Shown here piece by piece: positions 1-7,318 of a stretch of 24,000 nt of DNA. A program made the translations under genes and the position numbers. The notes under the pieces are model-generated. The model was given only the letters and a program-made list of their open reading frames with translations. It had not been told where the DNA came from and did no database searches. Source of the DNA: Hafnia alvei (GTDB lineage: Bacteria; Pseudomonadota; Gammaproteobacteria; Enterobacterales; Enterobacteriaceae); the NCBI RefSeq assembly GCF_964063325.1, contig NZ_OZ061315.1:3950532-3974531 (forward strand). Direction: 5' to 3'. Positions within the stretch are counted from its first letter, which is position 1. Each line of letters begins with the position of its first letter.

Positions 1-353
1 CTCTTCTCCCTCACTGCCAGAGTAAATACACGGTAATTAGAAATTTGCGATTAACGCCGATTATCATCAGTTTTACGCACTAAAAAAACGCGTCGATGCA
101 CGTTAAGAACAAAAAATCAGCTTACGCATAATCATGCAAAACCAATCAGTTAGCGCAAAGAGACTAAGCATTTCATTACGATAACTTCGATCTCAATTTG
201 ATACCAAGATTCCCATTTTGATAGTCATCTGCTCTCCATCGCCGTCATGCCACCTTCAGCCATCACATTCTGTAATTCATCTAAGAAAAAACGCTCGATC
301 CCCTTCACGTTTCCACCAATCACCTTACCGCTCAACGCCTTATGGCGTGCATC

Positions 354-381
354 TTGCTGCTTTGGTGCTGATTTATATATT
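354..381 (+). promoter_or_regulatory. candidate sigma70 promoter for the xdh operon
   Basis: TTGCTG (354-359), 16-nt spacer, TATATT (376-381), about 55 nt upstream of the xdhA ATG. Motif match only. Confidence 0.3.
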
Positions 382-436
382 CCGACGATTCACTTCATTC
401 AAATTAAAAATCCCAAGCTCCTCTAAGGAGAAAGCT

Positions 437-2722
437 ATGTCGTTAGGATCCCCACTCAAGCGGGTGGACGCTGAAGCTAAGGTTACCGGCCACGCTCGCT
501 ACACCGACGATCATCAAATGCACGGCATGCGTTACGCCAAATATGTACGTAGCCCTCTCGCCCACGCTTACGTCACGGCCATTGATACTTATGCGGCGCT
601 GGCTTTGCCGGGTGTTGAAGCCGTATTTACTTATCAAGACGTGCCTGAATTACGATTTCCCACCGCGGGACATGCTTGGTCACTGGAGCCCGCTAAGCGA
701 GACGTTGCCGATCGTCAGCTACTCACCCAGCATGTGCGCCATTATGGCGACGGTGTCGCGATTGTGGTCGCGCGTGATGCACTAACCGCAGAACGAGCCG
801 CCGCGCTGGTTGAGGTGGCGTATCAAGAGCTGCCGGTGATAACCACGGCGCAGGGCGCTTTAGCACAAGATGCCCCGCTGATTCATCCAGAAGGGAATAC
901 GCTGAAAAAAAGTGATATCAGCGCGAATCAGCCTAAAGAAGCGATTTCATCGGCCGATCTGCAGCTTTCTGCACATTTTCAAACGCCGGTGATCCAGCAC
1001 TGCCATATGGAAGGCGTGACCTGTTTCGCCTACATGGAACAGCCGGATCACATTGTGATTGTGTCCAGCACCCAGATCTCACAGATCGTGCGTCGCACCG
1101 TCGCTCAAGCACTAGGTATGCCTTGGTCAAACATACGCGTGATAAAACCCTATATCGGCGGTGGGTTCGGCAATAAACAGGACGTACTCGAAGAACCAAT
1201 GGCCGCCTTTCTCACCCAAAAGATGGGTGGCATTCCGGTGAAGGTCGAACTCAGCCGTGAAGAGTGTTTTTTTGCTTCACGCACGCGTCATGCCTTTAGT
1301 ATCGACGCGGAATTGGGACTTAATCACGACGGTATATTAACGGGCTATCAGTTGGACGTGCTGTCAAACACGGGCGCTTATGCTTCGCACGGGCATTCCA
1401 TCGCTTCCGCCGGTGCCAACAAAATCAGCTATCTCTATCCCCGTAGCGCCTTCGGCTATTCTGCTCTTACGCATTATTCAAACTATCCTGCCGCAGGCGC
1501 CATGCGTGGCTATGGCGCGCCGCAGGTGGCTTTTGCGCTTGAATGCTTATTAGATGACGCGGCAGAAAAACTGTCACTCGACGCCGTCGATGTACGTTTG
1601 CTTAATGCCGCACGCAGCGGTGATATCAATCCGGTTAACCACAAAAAGATTTATAGCGCAGGACTTATTGAATGCCTTGAAAAAGGGCGCGATCTGTTCG
1701 AATGGAACGCCCGTAAAGCCGCCTGCCAAAATCAAACTGGCGATCTGCGCCGCGGCATCGGCGTCGCATGTTTCAGCTACGGTTCTAACACCTATCCCGT
1801 CGGCGTTGAAATTGCGGGAGCCCGCATGTTGCTCAACCAAGACGGCACGGTAAACCTGCAAATTGGCGCCACGGAGATCGGCCAAGGTTCAGATACCGTT
1901 TTCGCCCAGATGGCCGCCGAAACGTTAGGTATTCCCTTTGAACATATTCGCGTGATATCCACCCAAGACACCGATATCACGGCCTACGATCCCGGGGCAT
2001 TTGCGTCTCGGCAAAGCTATGTTGCCGCGCCTGCGGTGATGCAGGCGGCAAGCGAATTACGCAGTAAAATACTGGCTCATGCCGAATTAATTAGCCACCA
2101 GCCACAGTGGGGACTCACGTTACTCAACGGAAATGTCGTGATGGCAGCCCAGCCTGAGATGGTGCTCATGAGCGTGGCGGAAGTTTCGATGCACGCTTAT
2201 TATCATCAGGAAATCGGCGCCCAGCTCCTAGCTGAAATATCCCATAAAACCACCACTAACCCACCGGCTTTTGGCTGCACGTTTGTCGATCTCAGCGTCG
2301 ATATTCCACTGTGTAAAGTCACCATCAACAAGATTATCAACCTGCATGATTCAGGCCGAATTCTTAACCCACAGCTTGCCGAAGGCCAAGTGCATGGAGG
2401 GATGGGCATGGGGATCGGCTGGGCTTTATTCGAAGAGATGATCATTGATGAGAAAACCGGCGTAGTCCGTAATCCAAACCTGTTGGATTATAAATTCCCC
2501 ACCATTATGGATCTGCCCGATCTGGACTGTGCATTTGTTGAAACCTATGAACCTCAGTCAGCGTACGGGCATAAGGCGCTCGGCGAACCGCCAATTATCT
2601 CGCCCGCTCCCGCAATTAGAAACGCTATTCGTATGGCAACCGGCATCTCCATCAACACGCTGCCCATCACGCCTAAAACGCTGTTTGCTGAATTCGTTCA
2701 GGCCGGACTCATCAGGGAGTAA
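437..2722 (+). CDS. xdhA: xanthine dehydrogenase-family molybdopterin-binding large subunit (XdhA-like), 761 aa
   Basis: Start moved from 218 to the in-frame ATG at 437, which follows AAGGAG (425-430). From MSLGSPLKRVDAEAKVTGHARYTDD onward the protein tracks E. coli XdhA as I recall it. Mo-hydroxylase motifs are present: GGGFGNK, AMRGYGAPQ, TEIGQG, LGEPP. The 73 aa upstream are low-complexity with no family similarity. Confidence 0.9.
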   Translation: MSLGSPLKRVDAEAKVTGHARYTDDHQMHGMRYAKYVRSPLAHAYVTAIDTYAALALPGVEAVFTYQDVPELRFPTAGHAWSLEPAKRDVADRQLLTQHVRHYGDGVAIVVARDALTAERAAALVEVAYQELPVITTAQGALAQDAPLIHPEGNTLKKSDISANQPKEAISSADLQLSAHFQTPVIQHCHMEGVTCFAYMEQPDHIVIVSSTQISQIVRRTVAQALGMPWSNIRVIKPYIGGGFGNKQDVLEEPMAAFLTQKMGGIPVKVELSREECFFASRTRHAFSIDAELGLNHDGILTGYQLDVLSNTGAYASHGHSIASAGANKISYLYPRSAFGYSALTHYSNYPAAGAMRGYGAPQVAFALECLLDDAAEKLSLDAVDVRLLNAARSGDINPVNHKKIYSAGLIECLEKGRDLFEWNARKAACQNQTGDLRRGIGVACFSYGSNTYPVGVEIAGARMLLNQDGTVNLQIGATEIGQGSDTVFAQMAAETLGIPFEHIRVISTQDTDITAYDPGAFASRQSYVAAPAVMQAASELRSKILAHAELISHQPQWGLTLLNGNVVMAAQPEMVLMSVAEVSMHAYYHQEIGAQLLAEISHKTTTNPPAFGCTFVDLSVDIPLCKVTINKIINLHDSGRILNPQLAEGQVHGGMGMGIGWALFEEMIIDEKTGVVRNPNLLDYKFPTIMDLPDLDCAFVETYEPQSAYGHKALGEPPIISPAPAIRNAIRMATGISINTLPITPKTLFAEFVQAGLIRE

Positions 2723-2724
2723 TC

Positions 2725-3603
2725 ATGTACGATATCGAAAACTACTACCGTGCTCGCAGCGTGCTGCATGCCTGTGAGCTACTCACTGAATATCCACAAG
2801 CACGGCTTTTAGCCGGCGGCACCGATGTGCTGATCCAGCTTCATCACCTAAACCCCAAATACCGCCACATTGTTGATGTTCATGATTTACCCGAGTTAAA
2901 GGGGATCGGCATCGATCGCCATCATCATTTACGGATCGGCTCGGCAACCACCTTTACTGAACTCATTGAACATCCGCTAATTCAGCAGCATCTGCCACTG
3001 CTTGCCGAGGCAGCGGCAACAATAGCGGGCCCTCAGGTACGTAACGTTGCGACCTATGGCGGCAATATCTGCAACGGAGCAACAAGCGCGGACTCAGCAT
3101 CTCCCACCTTGGCGCTGAAAGCTGAACTAGAAATTGCGACCGCTCACGGTTGTTATCGGCGCTCTATCGAAGGTTTCCACACGGGTCCTGGAAAAGTCGC
3201 GCTACAGCAAGGCGAAATTGTGGTTGCCTTCTATTTTGCGCCTGAGTATTACCAAGATATTGGCAGCAGCTACATTAAATACGCCATGCGCGGTGCAATG
3301 GATATCGCCACGATTGGCTGTTCGGCGGTATGCCGCATCGCTCAAGGCCGCTTCACCGATCTACGTCTCACCTATGGCGTTGCAGCACCTACACCTATTC
3401 GCTGCCCATATGCCGAGCAAAGCGCCATTGGCCAACCGCTGAATCAACAAACGCTGGCGGCTATCTGTGAAGCCGTAGCTCAGGATGTTTCTCCGCGTTC
3501 ATCATGGCGCGCAGAAAAATCGTTTCGCCTGCATCTTATTCGCACCTTGGCTCAGCGTGCTATTTCACTCGCCGTCGAACGTGCTGGAGGTAAAATCGCA
3601 TGA
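2725..3603 (+). CDS. xdhB: xanthine dehydrogenase-family FAD-binding subunit (XdhB-like), 292 aa
   Basis: ATG lies 2 nt after the xdhA stop and is preceded by AGGGAG. It has the LAGGTDV FAD-binding motif and the same length as E. coli XdhB (292 aa, from memory). Its position is medium subunit between the Mo and Fe-S subunits. Confidence 0.9.
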   Translation: MYDIENYYRARSVLHACELLTEYPQARLLAGGTDVLIQLHHLNPKYRHIVDVHDLPELKGIGIDRHHHLRIGSATTFTELIEHPLIQQHLPLLAEAAATIAGPQVRNVATYGGNICNGATSADSASPTLALKAELEIATAHGCYRRSIEGFHTGPGKVALQQGEIVVAFYFAPEYYQDIGSSYIKYAMRGAMDIATIGCSAVCRIAQGRFTDLRLTYGVAAPTPIRCPYAEQSAIGQPLNQQTLAAICEAVAQDVSPRSSWRAEKSFRLHLIRTLAQRAISLAVERAGGKIA

Positions 3604-4076
3604 ATCGTAAGCATTGGGTTGATATTGAATGTGAAATAAATGGAAAGCGTTATCCCTTTACGATTTCTCCCGCGCTGTCGTTGATGGAGCTTCTTAGAGA
3701 TGAAGGGCTAACCAGCGTGAAACAGGGCTGTGGGGTAGGAGAATGCGGAGCCTGCACCGTGCTTATCGACGGCGTCGCAACCGATAGCTGTTTATACCTC
3801 GCCGTATGGGCCGATGGAAAACGTATCAGCACCGCCGAAGGTGAAGTAAAAAACGGCCAACTCTCGCAGGTACAGCAGGCCTATGTGAATGCCGGTGCCG
3901 TACAGTGTGGCTTCTGCACGCCGGGTCTGGTGATGGCAACCACGGCGCTGCTCGCCAAACACCCGTCCCGCCCGTTAACTCATGAAGAAATTCGCCGAGG
4001 ATTAGCAGGAAACCTATGCCGCTGCACTGGCTATCAAATGGTGATCCGTGCGGTGGAAGCGTGTAGTAAACCGTAA
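3600..4076 (+). CDS. xdhC: xanthine dehydrogenase-family 2x[2Fe-2S] subunit (XdhC-like), 158 aa
   Basis: An ATGA start/stop overlap with xdhB suggests translational coupling, and GGAGG lies upstream. Two cysteine clusters are present, [11 protein letters not shown]...C and CGFCTPG...CRCTGY, typical of Mo-hydroxylase small subunits. Confidence 0.9.
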   Translation: MNRKHWVDIECEINGKRYPFTISPALSLMELLRDEGLTSVKQGCGVGECGACTVLIDGVATDSCLYLAVWADGKRISTAEGEVKNGQLSQVQQAYVNAGAVQCGFCTPGLVMATTALLAKHPSRPLTHEEIRRGLAGNLCRCTGYQMVIRAVEACSKP

Positions 4077-4089
4077 TACGGTCACAGCA

Positions 4090-4111
4090 CAATGTGAAAC
4101 TGCTCGCAATT
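4090..4111. promoter_or_regulatory. candidate CRP (cAMP receptor protein) site
   Basis: CAATGTGAAACTGCTCGCAATT contains TGTGA-N6-TCGCA, 9 of 10 core positions against the consensus TGTGA-N6-TCACA, with partly matching flanks. It lies in the xdhC-frvA spacer upstream of a PTS operon. Confidence 0.35.
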
Positions 4112-4125
4112 TTTAGCCACCATTG

Positions 4126-4164
4126 ACGGCGAAAACGTCACCCTCTCAATGACATCTTCGCCGT
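4126..4164. promoter_or_regulatory. 39-bp interrupted palindrome/hairpin in the xdhC-frvA spacer (possible operator or weak RNA structure)
   Basis: ACGGCGAA (4126-4133) pairs with TTCGCCGT (4157-4164). An inner pair GTCA (4137-4140) / TGAC (4150-4153) is also present. No T-tract follows, so it is not a canonical terminator. It ends just upstream of a weak -35 / TATTAT (4187-4192) region. Confidence 0.4.
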
Positions 4165-4243
4165 TACTCCTTTCCGCCATGCGCCTTATTATATTTACGT
4201 ATCGCATTCGTATTGCCCGCATAACTCGCATAAGGAGGGCACT

Positions 4244-4687
4244 TTGGCGCTTATTACCTACGCAGACATTGATCTGAACATCAGTGGAAATACCCAATAC
4301 GCGGTGCTGAAATCACTCAGTCAAATGGCTGTCGCACGAGGATTCGTGAACGATCAAGCCCGCTATCTACAAACCTTGTTGCTAAGAGAAAAAGAGTCCT
4401 CCACCAGTTTTGGCTGCGGTGTCGCTATTCCTCATGGCAAATCTGCGGTTGTTCACCAGCCTTTTGTGTTATTTGCTAGAAGCGCCCAAGGCGTGGACTG
4501 GCAGGCCGAAGACGGTGAACTAGCATCGTGTTGGATCTGCTTAGGTGTTCCCCAGACCAGTGCCAGCGAGCAGATAGGCATGATATCTAAGCTGTGCCGC
4601 AAGGTAATTTACCCTGATTTTATTGCGCAGATAAAAAGCCTAGATAGCGCAGGTATTGTCACATTACTGAACGCGACCCTAGCTTAA
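4244..4687 (+). CDS. frvA: PTS fructose/mannitol-family EIIA component (FrvA-like), 147 aa
   Basis: TTG start preceded by a strong SD, AAGGAGGG (4232-4239). It has the EIIA-2 active-site context GVAIPHGK. Size and position match the first gene of E. coli frvABXR. Confidence 0.8.
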   Translation: MALITYADIDLNISGNTQYAVLKSLSQMAVARGFVNDQARYLQTLLLREKESSTSFGCGVAIPHGKSAVVHQPFVLFARSAQGVDWQAEDGELASCWICLGVPQTSASEQIGMISKLCRKVIYPDFIAQIKSLDSAGIVTLLNATLA

Positions 4688-4712
4688 TCCTATCGCCGTC
4701 AAGGACAGAACA

Positions 4713-6158
4713 ATGGAAACTGCTCTGAAGATAGTCGCTATCACCAACTGCCCAGCGGGTATCGCGCATACCTACATGGTTGCTGAAGCATTAGAAAATA
4801 AAGCCCGAGAATTAGGTTATCAAATAAAGGTTGAAACCCAAGGCTCCAGCGGGGTTGAAAATCGCCTCACGCCGGATGAAATCCATGCCGCAGACTATGT
4901 AATTTTAGCTATCGGCCGTGGTTTGAGCGAAGAAGATCGCCAACGCTTTGCAGGCAAAAAAGTATTTGAAATAAAGATCTCGCAGGCGCTAAAAAACATT
5001 GACCAGATCTATCAACAGTTGGAACAGAATTCACTGCTTTTGGGCATGGAAAGCGCAGTACGCCTAGGCAAGCAGGATGTTGAGCCGGACAGCCTGATGA
5101 GCCACCTGATGGCTGGTGTTTCAGCCGCACTACCGTTTGTCATCGGCGGGGGTTTATTGGTTGCTGTAGCAAATATGCTGGTCCAACTCGGCTTGCCCTA
5201 TCACGACATGACCAAGGGCTCCCCGTCATTTACGTGGGTGATGGAGTCAATCGGCTACCTCGGGTTTAAATTTATGATCCCGATAATGGGTGCCTACATT
5301 GCCTATTCGATCAGCGATAAACCTGCCTTCGCACCGGCTTTCTTAGTGTGCTATTTGGCAAACGACAATGCGCTATTAGGTACGCAATCCGGCGCGGGTT
5401 TTCTCGGCGCGGTGATTTTAGGTCTAAGTATCGGATACTTTGTGAAATACTTCCGCAGGGTAAAGTTGGGCAAAGCGCTGCAACCTCTGCTGGGTTCAAT
5501 GTTAATCCCATTTGTTACGCTGCTAGTTTTTGGCATCCTAACTTATTACATCATCGGCCCAGTTATGGGCAGCATGATGGATTATCTACTGCATTTCCTA
5601 AACACGATTCCAACCTCCATGAAGCTATTGGCCGCATTCCTCGTCGGTGCAATGCTGGCTTTTGATATGGGTGGCCCAATCAATAAAACAGCCTGGTTTT
5701 TCTGCTTCTCGCTGTTGGACAAACATATTTACGACTGGTATGCGATTGTCGGCGTGGTGGCACTAATGCCACCGATGGCCGCAGGACTGGCTACGTTTAT
5801 CACCCCTAAACTGTTTACTCAACAGGAAAGAGACGCCGCTGGCAGTGCCATTGTGGTAGGTGCAACCGTGGCGACTGAACCCGCGATCCCCTACGCACTT
5901 GCTGCTCCGCTACCGATGATCACCGCCAATACGCTGAGCGGTGGCATAACCGGCATGCTAGTCATTGCATTTGGTATTAAACGATTAGCGCCTGGATTAG
6001 GCATTTTTGATCCGCTGATTGGGCTGATGTCACCGGGATTATCGTTCTATTTGGTTTTAGCTTGCGGATTAGCACTTAACATTTTTCTTATCGTGGTACT
6101 GAAAGGTGCATGGCTGAAGCGTCAGGCAGCCAAACAAATAACAAATTTAAAGGTGTGA
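4713..6158 (+). CDS. frvB: PTS fructose-family EIIBC component (FrvB-like), 481 aa
   Basis: The N-terminal EIIB domain has the phospho-cysteine context ITNCPAGIAHTYM. A long polytopic hydrophobic EIIC domain follows. AAGGA lies upstream of the ATG. Length is close to E. coli FrvB. Confidence 0.85.
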   Translation: METALKIVAITNCPAGIAHTYMVAEALENKARELGYQIKVETQGSSGVENRLTPDEIHAADYVILAIGRGLSEEDRQRFAGKKVFEIKISQALKNIDQIYQQLEQNSLLLGMESAVRLGKQDVEPDSLMSHLMAGVSAALPFVIGGGLLVAVANMLVQLGLPYHDMTKGSPSFTWVMESIGYLGFKFMIPIMGAYIAYSISDKPAFAPAFLVCYLANDNALLGTQSGAGFLGAVILGLSIGYFVKYFRRVKLGKALQPLLGSMLIPFVTLLVFGILTYYIIGPVMGSMMDYLLHFLNTIPTSMKLLAAFLVGAMLAFDMGGPINKTAWFFCFSLLDKHIYDWYAIVGVVALMPPMAAGLATFITPKLFTQQERDAAGSAIVVGATVATEPAIPYALAAPLPMITANTLSGGITGMLVIAFGIKRLAPGLGIFDPLIGLMSPGLSFYLVLACGLALNIFLIVVLKGAWLKRQAAKQITNLKV

Positions 6159-6159
6159 C

Positions 6160-7236
6160 ATGAACATAAATCCGCTCAGCACGGCACTGCTCGAAACCCT
6201 ATGCAACGCACATGGCGTGAGCGGTGATGAACACGAGATCCGTGAAATTTTGCATCACGAGTTGCAAGATCACGCCGATGAAATCACTTTCGATGGTTTG
6301 GGCAGTTTTATTGCTAAAAAAGGTAGCAAAGGGCCAAAGGTGGCGATTGTCGCTCACATGGACGAAGTCGGCATGATGGTGAAGTTTATCAGCAATGAAG
6401 GCTATCTTTACTTCGACACCATCGGTTCATGGTGGAATCAATCGATGCTTAACCACCGAATGCAAATCCGCACCCGCAGCGGAAATAAAATACTCGGTAT
6501 CGTTGGCTCTATCGCTCCACATGCCTTGAACGAAAAACAGAAGCAAAGCCCGATTGAACTCGACGACATGTTTATTGACGTTGGGGCTTCATCCGCCAAA
6601 GCAGTCGAAGCTATGGGCATTGCGGTGGGGGACTTTATCTGCCCTGAGCCAAACTATAGTTTATTAGGGGCAAACCGCGTTTTGGCTAAAGCATTGGATA
6701 ATCGCGCGGGATGCGCATTAGCTGTAGAGCTGTTTAAACAAGTCAGTAATCCAGATATCACGCTATATTCAGTTGCTACAGTACAAGAAGAGGTGGGGCT
6801 ACGCGGTGCTCAGGCCTCTGCTGAAACAATCAAACCAGACATAGTCATCGTGATAGATACTGCGGTTGCAGGAGATATTCCCGGTATCAACACCATCAAA
6901 TTTCCGCTTCGCCTAGATGCAGGCCCCGCTGTGATGCTGTTTGATAAACGTTATTTCCCTCACCAGAAACTCACGGCAGAAATAAAATCTTGCGCGGTAA
7001 CTGCACAACAACCACTACAAGTATGCACTATGAAAACGGGTGCTACCGACGCTGGCCGCTATAACGTAATGGGTGGTGGTCGCCCCGTTGTCGCGTTATG
7101 CTTACCTACGCGCTACCTGCATGCCAACTCATCGATGATTTCCATTCAGGACTATCGCGCCCTCAGCCAAATTTTAAATGAATTCTTGCAGAATTATAAT
7201 GCAGCAAAACATTTAGAACTGAGCCGCTATCTTTAG
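6160..7236 (+). CDS. frvX: M42-family metallo-aminopeptidase / 'cellulase M'-like protein (FrvX-like), 358 aa
   Basis: ATG is 1 nt after the frvB stop. All M42 metal-ligand motifs are present: AHMDEVG (H66), LDNRAGC (D180), QEEVGLRGA (E210/E211), VIDTAV (D233), RYLHAN (H321). Confidence 0.85.
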   Translation: MNINPLSTALLETLCNAHGVSGDEHEIREILHHELQDHADEITFDGLGSFIAKKGSKGPKVAIVAHMDEVGMMVKFISNEGYLYFDTIGSWWNQSMLNHRMQIRTRSGNKILGIVGSIAPHALNEKQKQSPIELDDMFIDVGASSAKAVEAMGIAVGDFICPEPNYSLLGANRVLAKALDNRAGCALAVELFKQVSNPDITLYSVATVQEEVGLRGAQASAETIKPDIVIVIDTAVAGDIPGINTIKFPLRLDAGPAVMLFDKRYFPHQKLTAEIKSCAVTAQQPLQVCTMKTGATDAGRYNVMGGGRPVVALCLPTRYLHANSSMISIQDYRALSQILNEFLQNYNAAKHLELSRYL

Positions 7237-7244
7237 CACAGCGT

Positions 7245-7273
7245 GAAAGATCTCATGCAGAGATCTTTCTTTT
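7245..7273 (+). terminator. rho-independent terminator after frvX
   Basis: Perfect 10-bp stem GAAAGATCTC (7245-7254) / GAGATCTTTC (7260-7269), 5-nt loop, then TTTT (7270-7273). It begins 9 nt after the frvX stop. Confidence 0.6.
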
Positions 7274-7318
7274 AACCGCTATTTAAACACATTAGATAAA
7301 TAACCAAGCCGATACTCT

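Noticed and set aside
418-430. CTCCT-cta-AGGAG mini-hairpin that could sequester the xdhA SD
   Set aside because: A 5-bp stem with a 3-nt loop is too short and strained to argue for regulation without further evidence.
218-436. N-terminal 73-aa extension of the xdhA ORF (MIVICSPSPSCHLQ...)
   Set aside because: It is low-complexity and Ser/Pro/His-rich, with no SD and no resemblance to the family. A strong AAGGAG precedes the in-frame ATG at 437, where similarity to XdhA begins.
1-436. Moco or purine riboswitch, or PurR box, upstream of xdhA
   Set aside because: I could not find a PurR-type ACGCAAACGTTTGCGT palindrome or conserved riboswitch cores that I recognise. A covariance-model scan (e.g. 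Rfam Moco and purine models) would be needed to exclude them formally.
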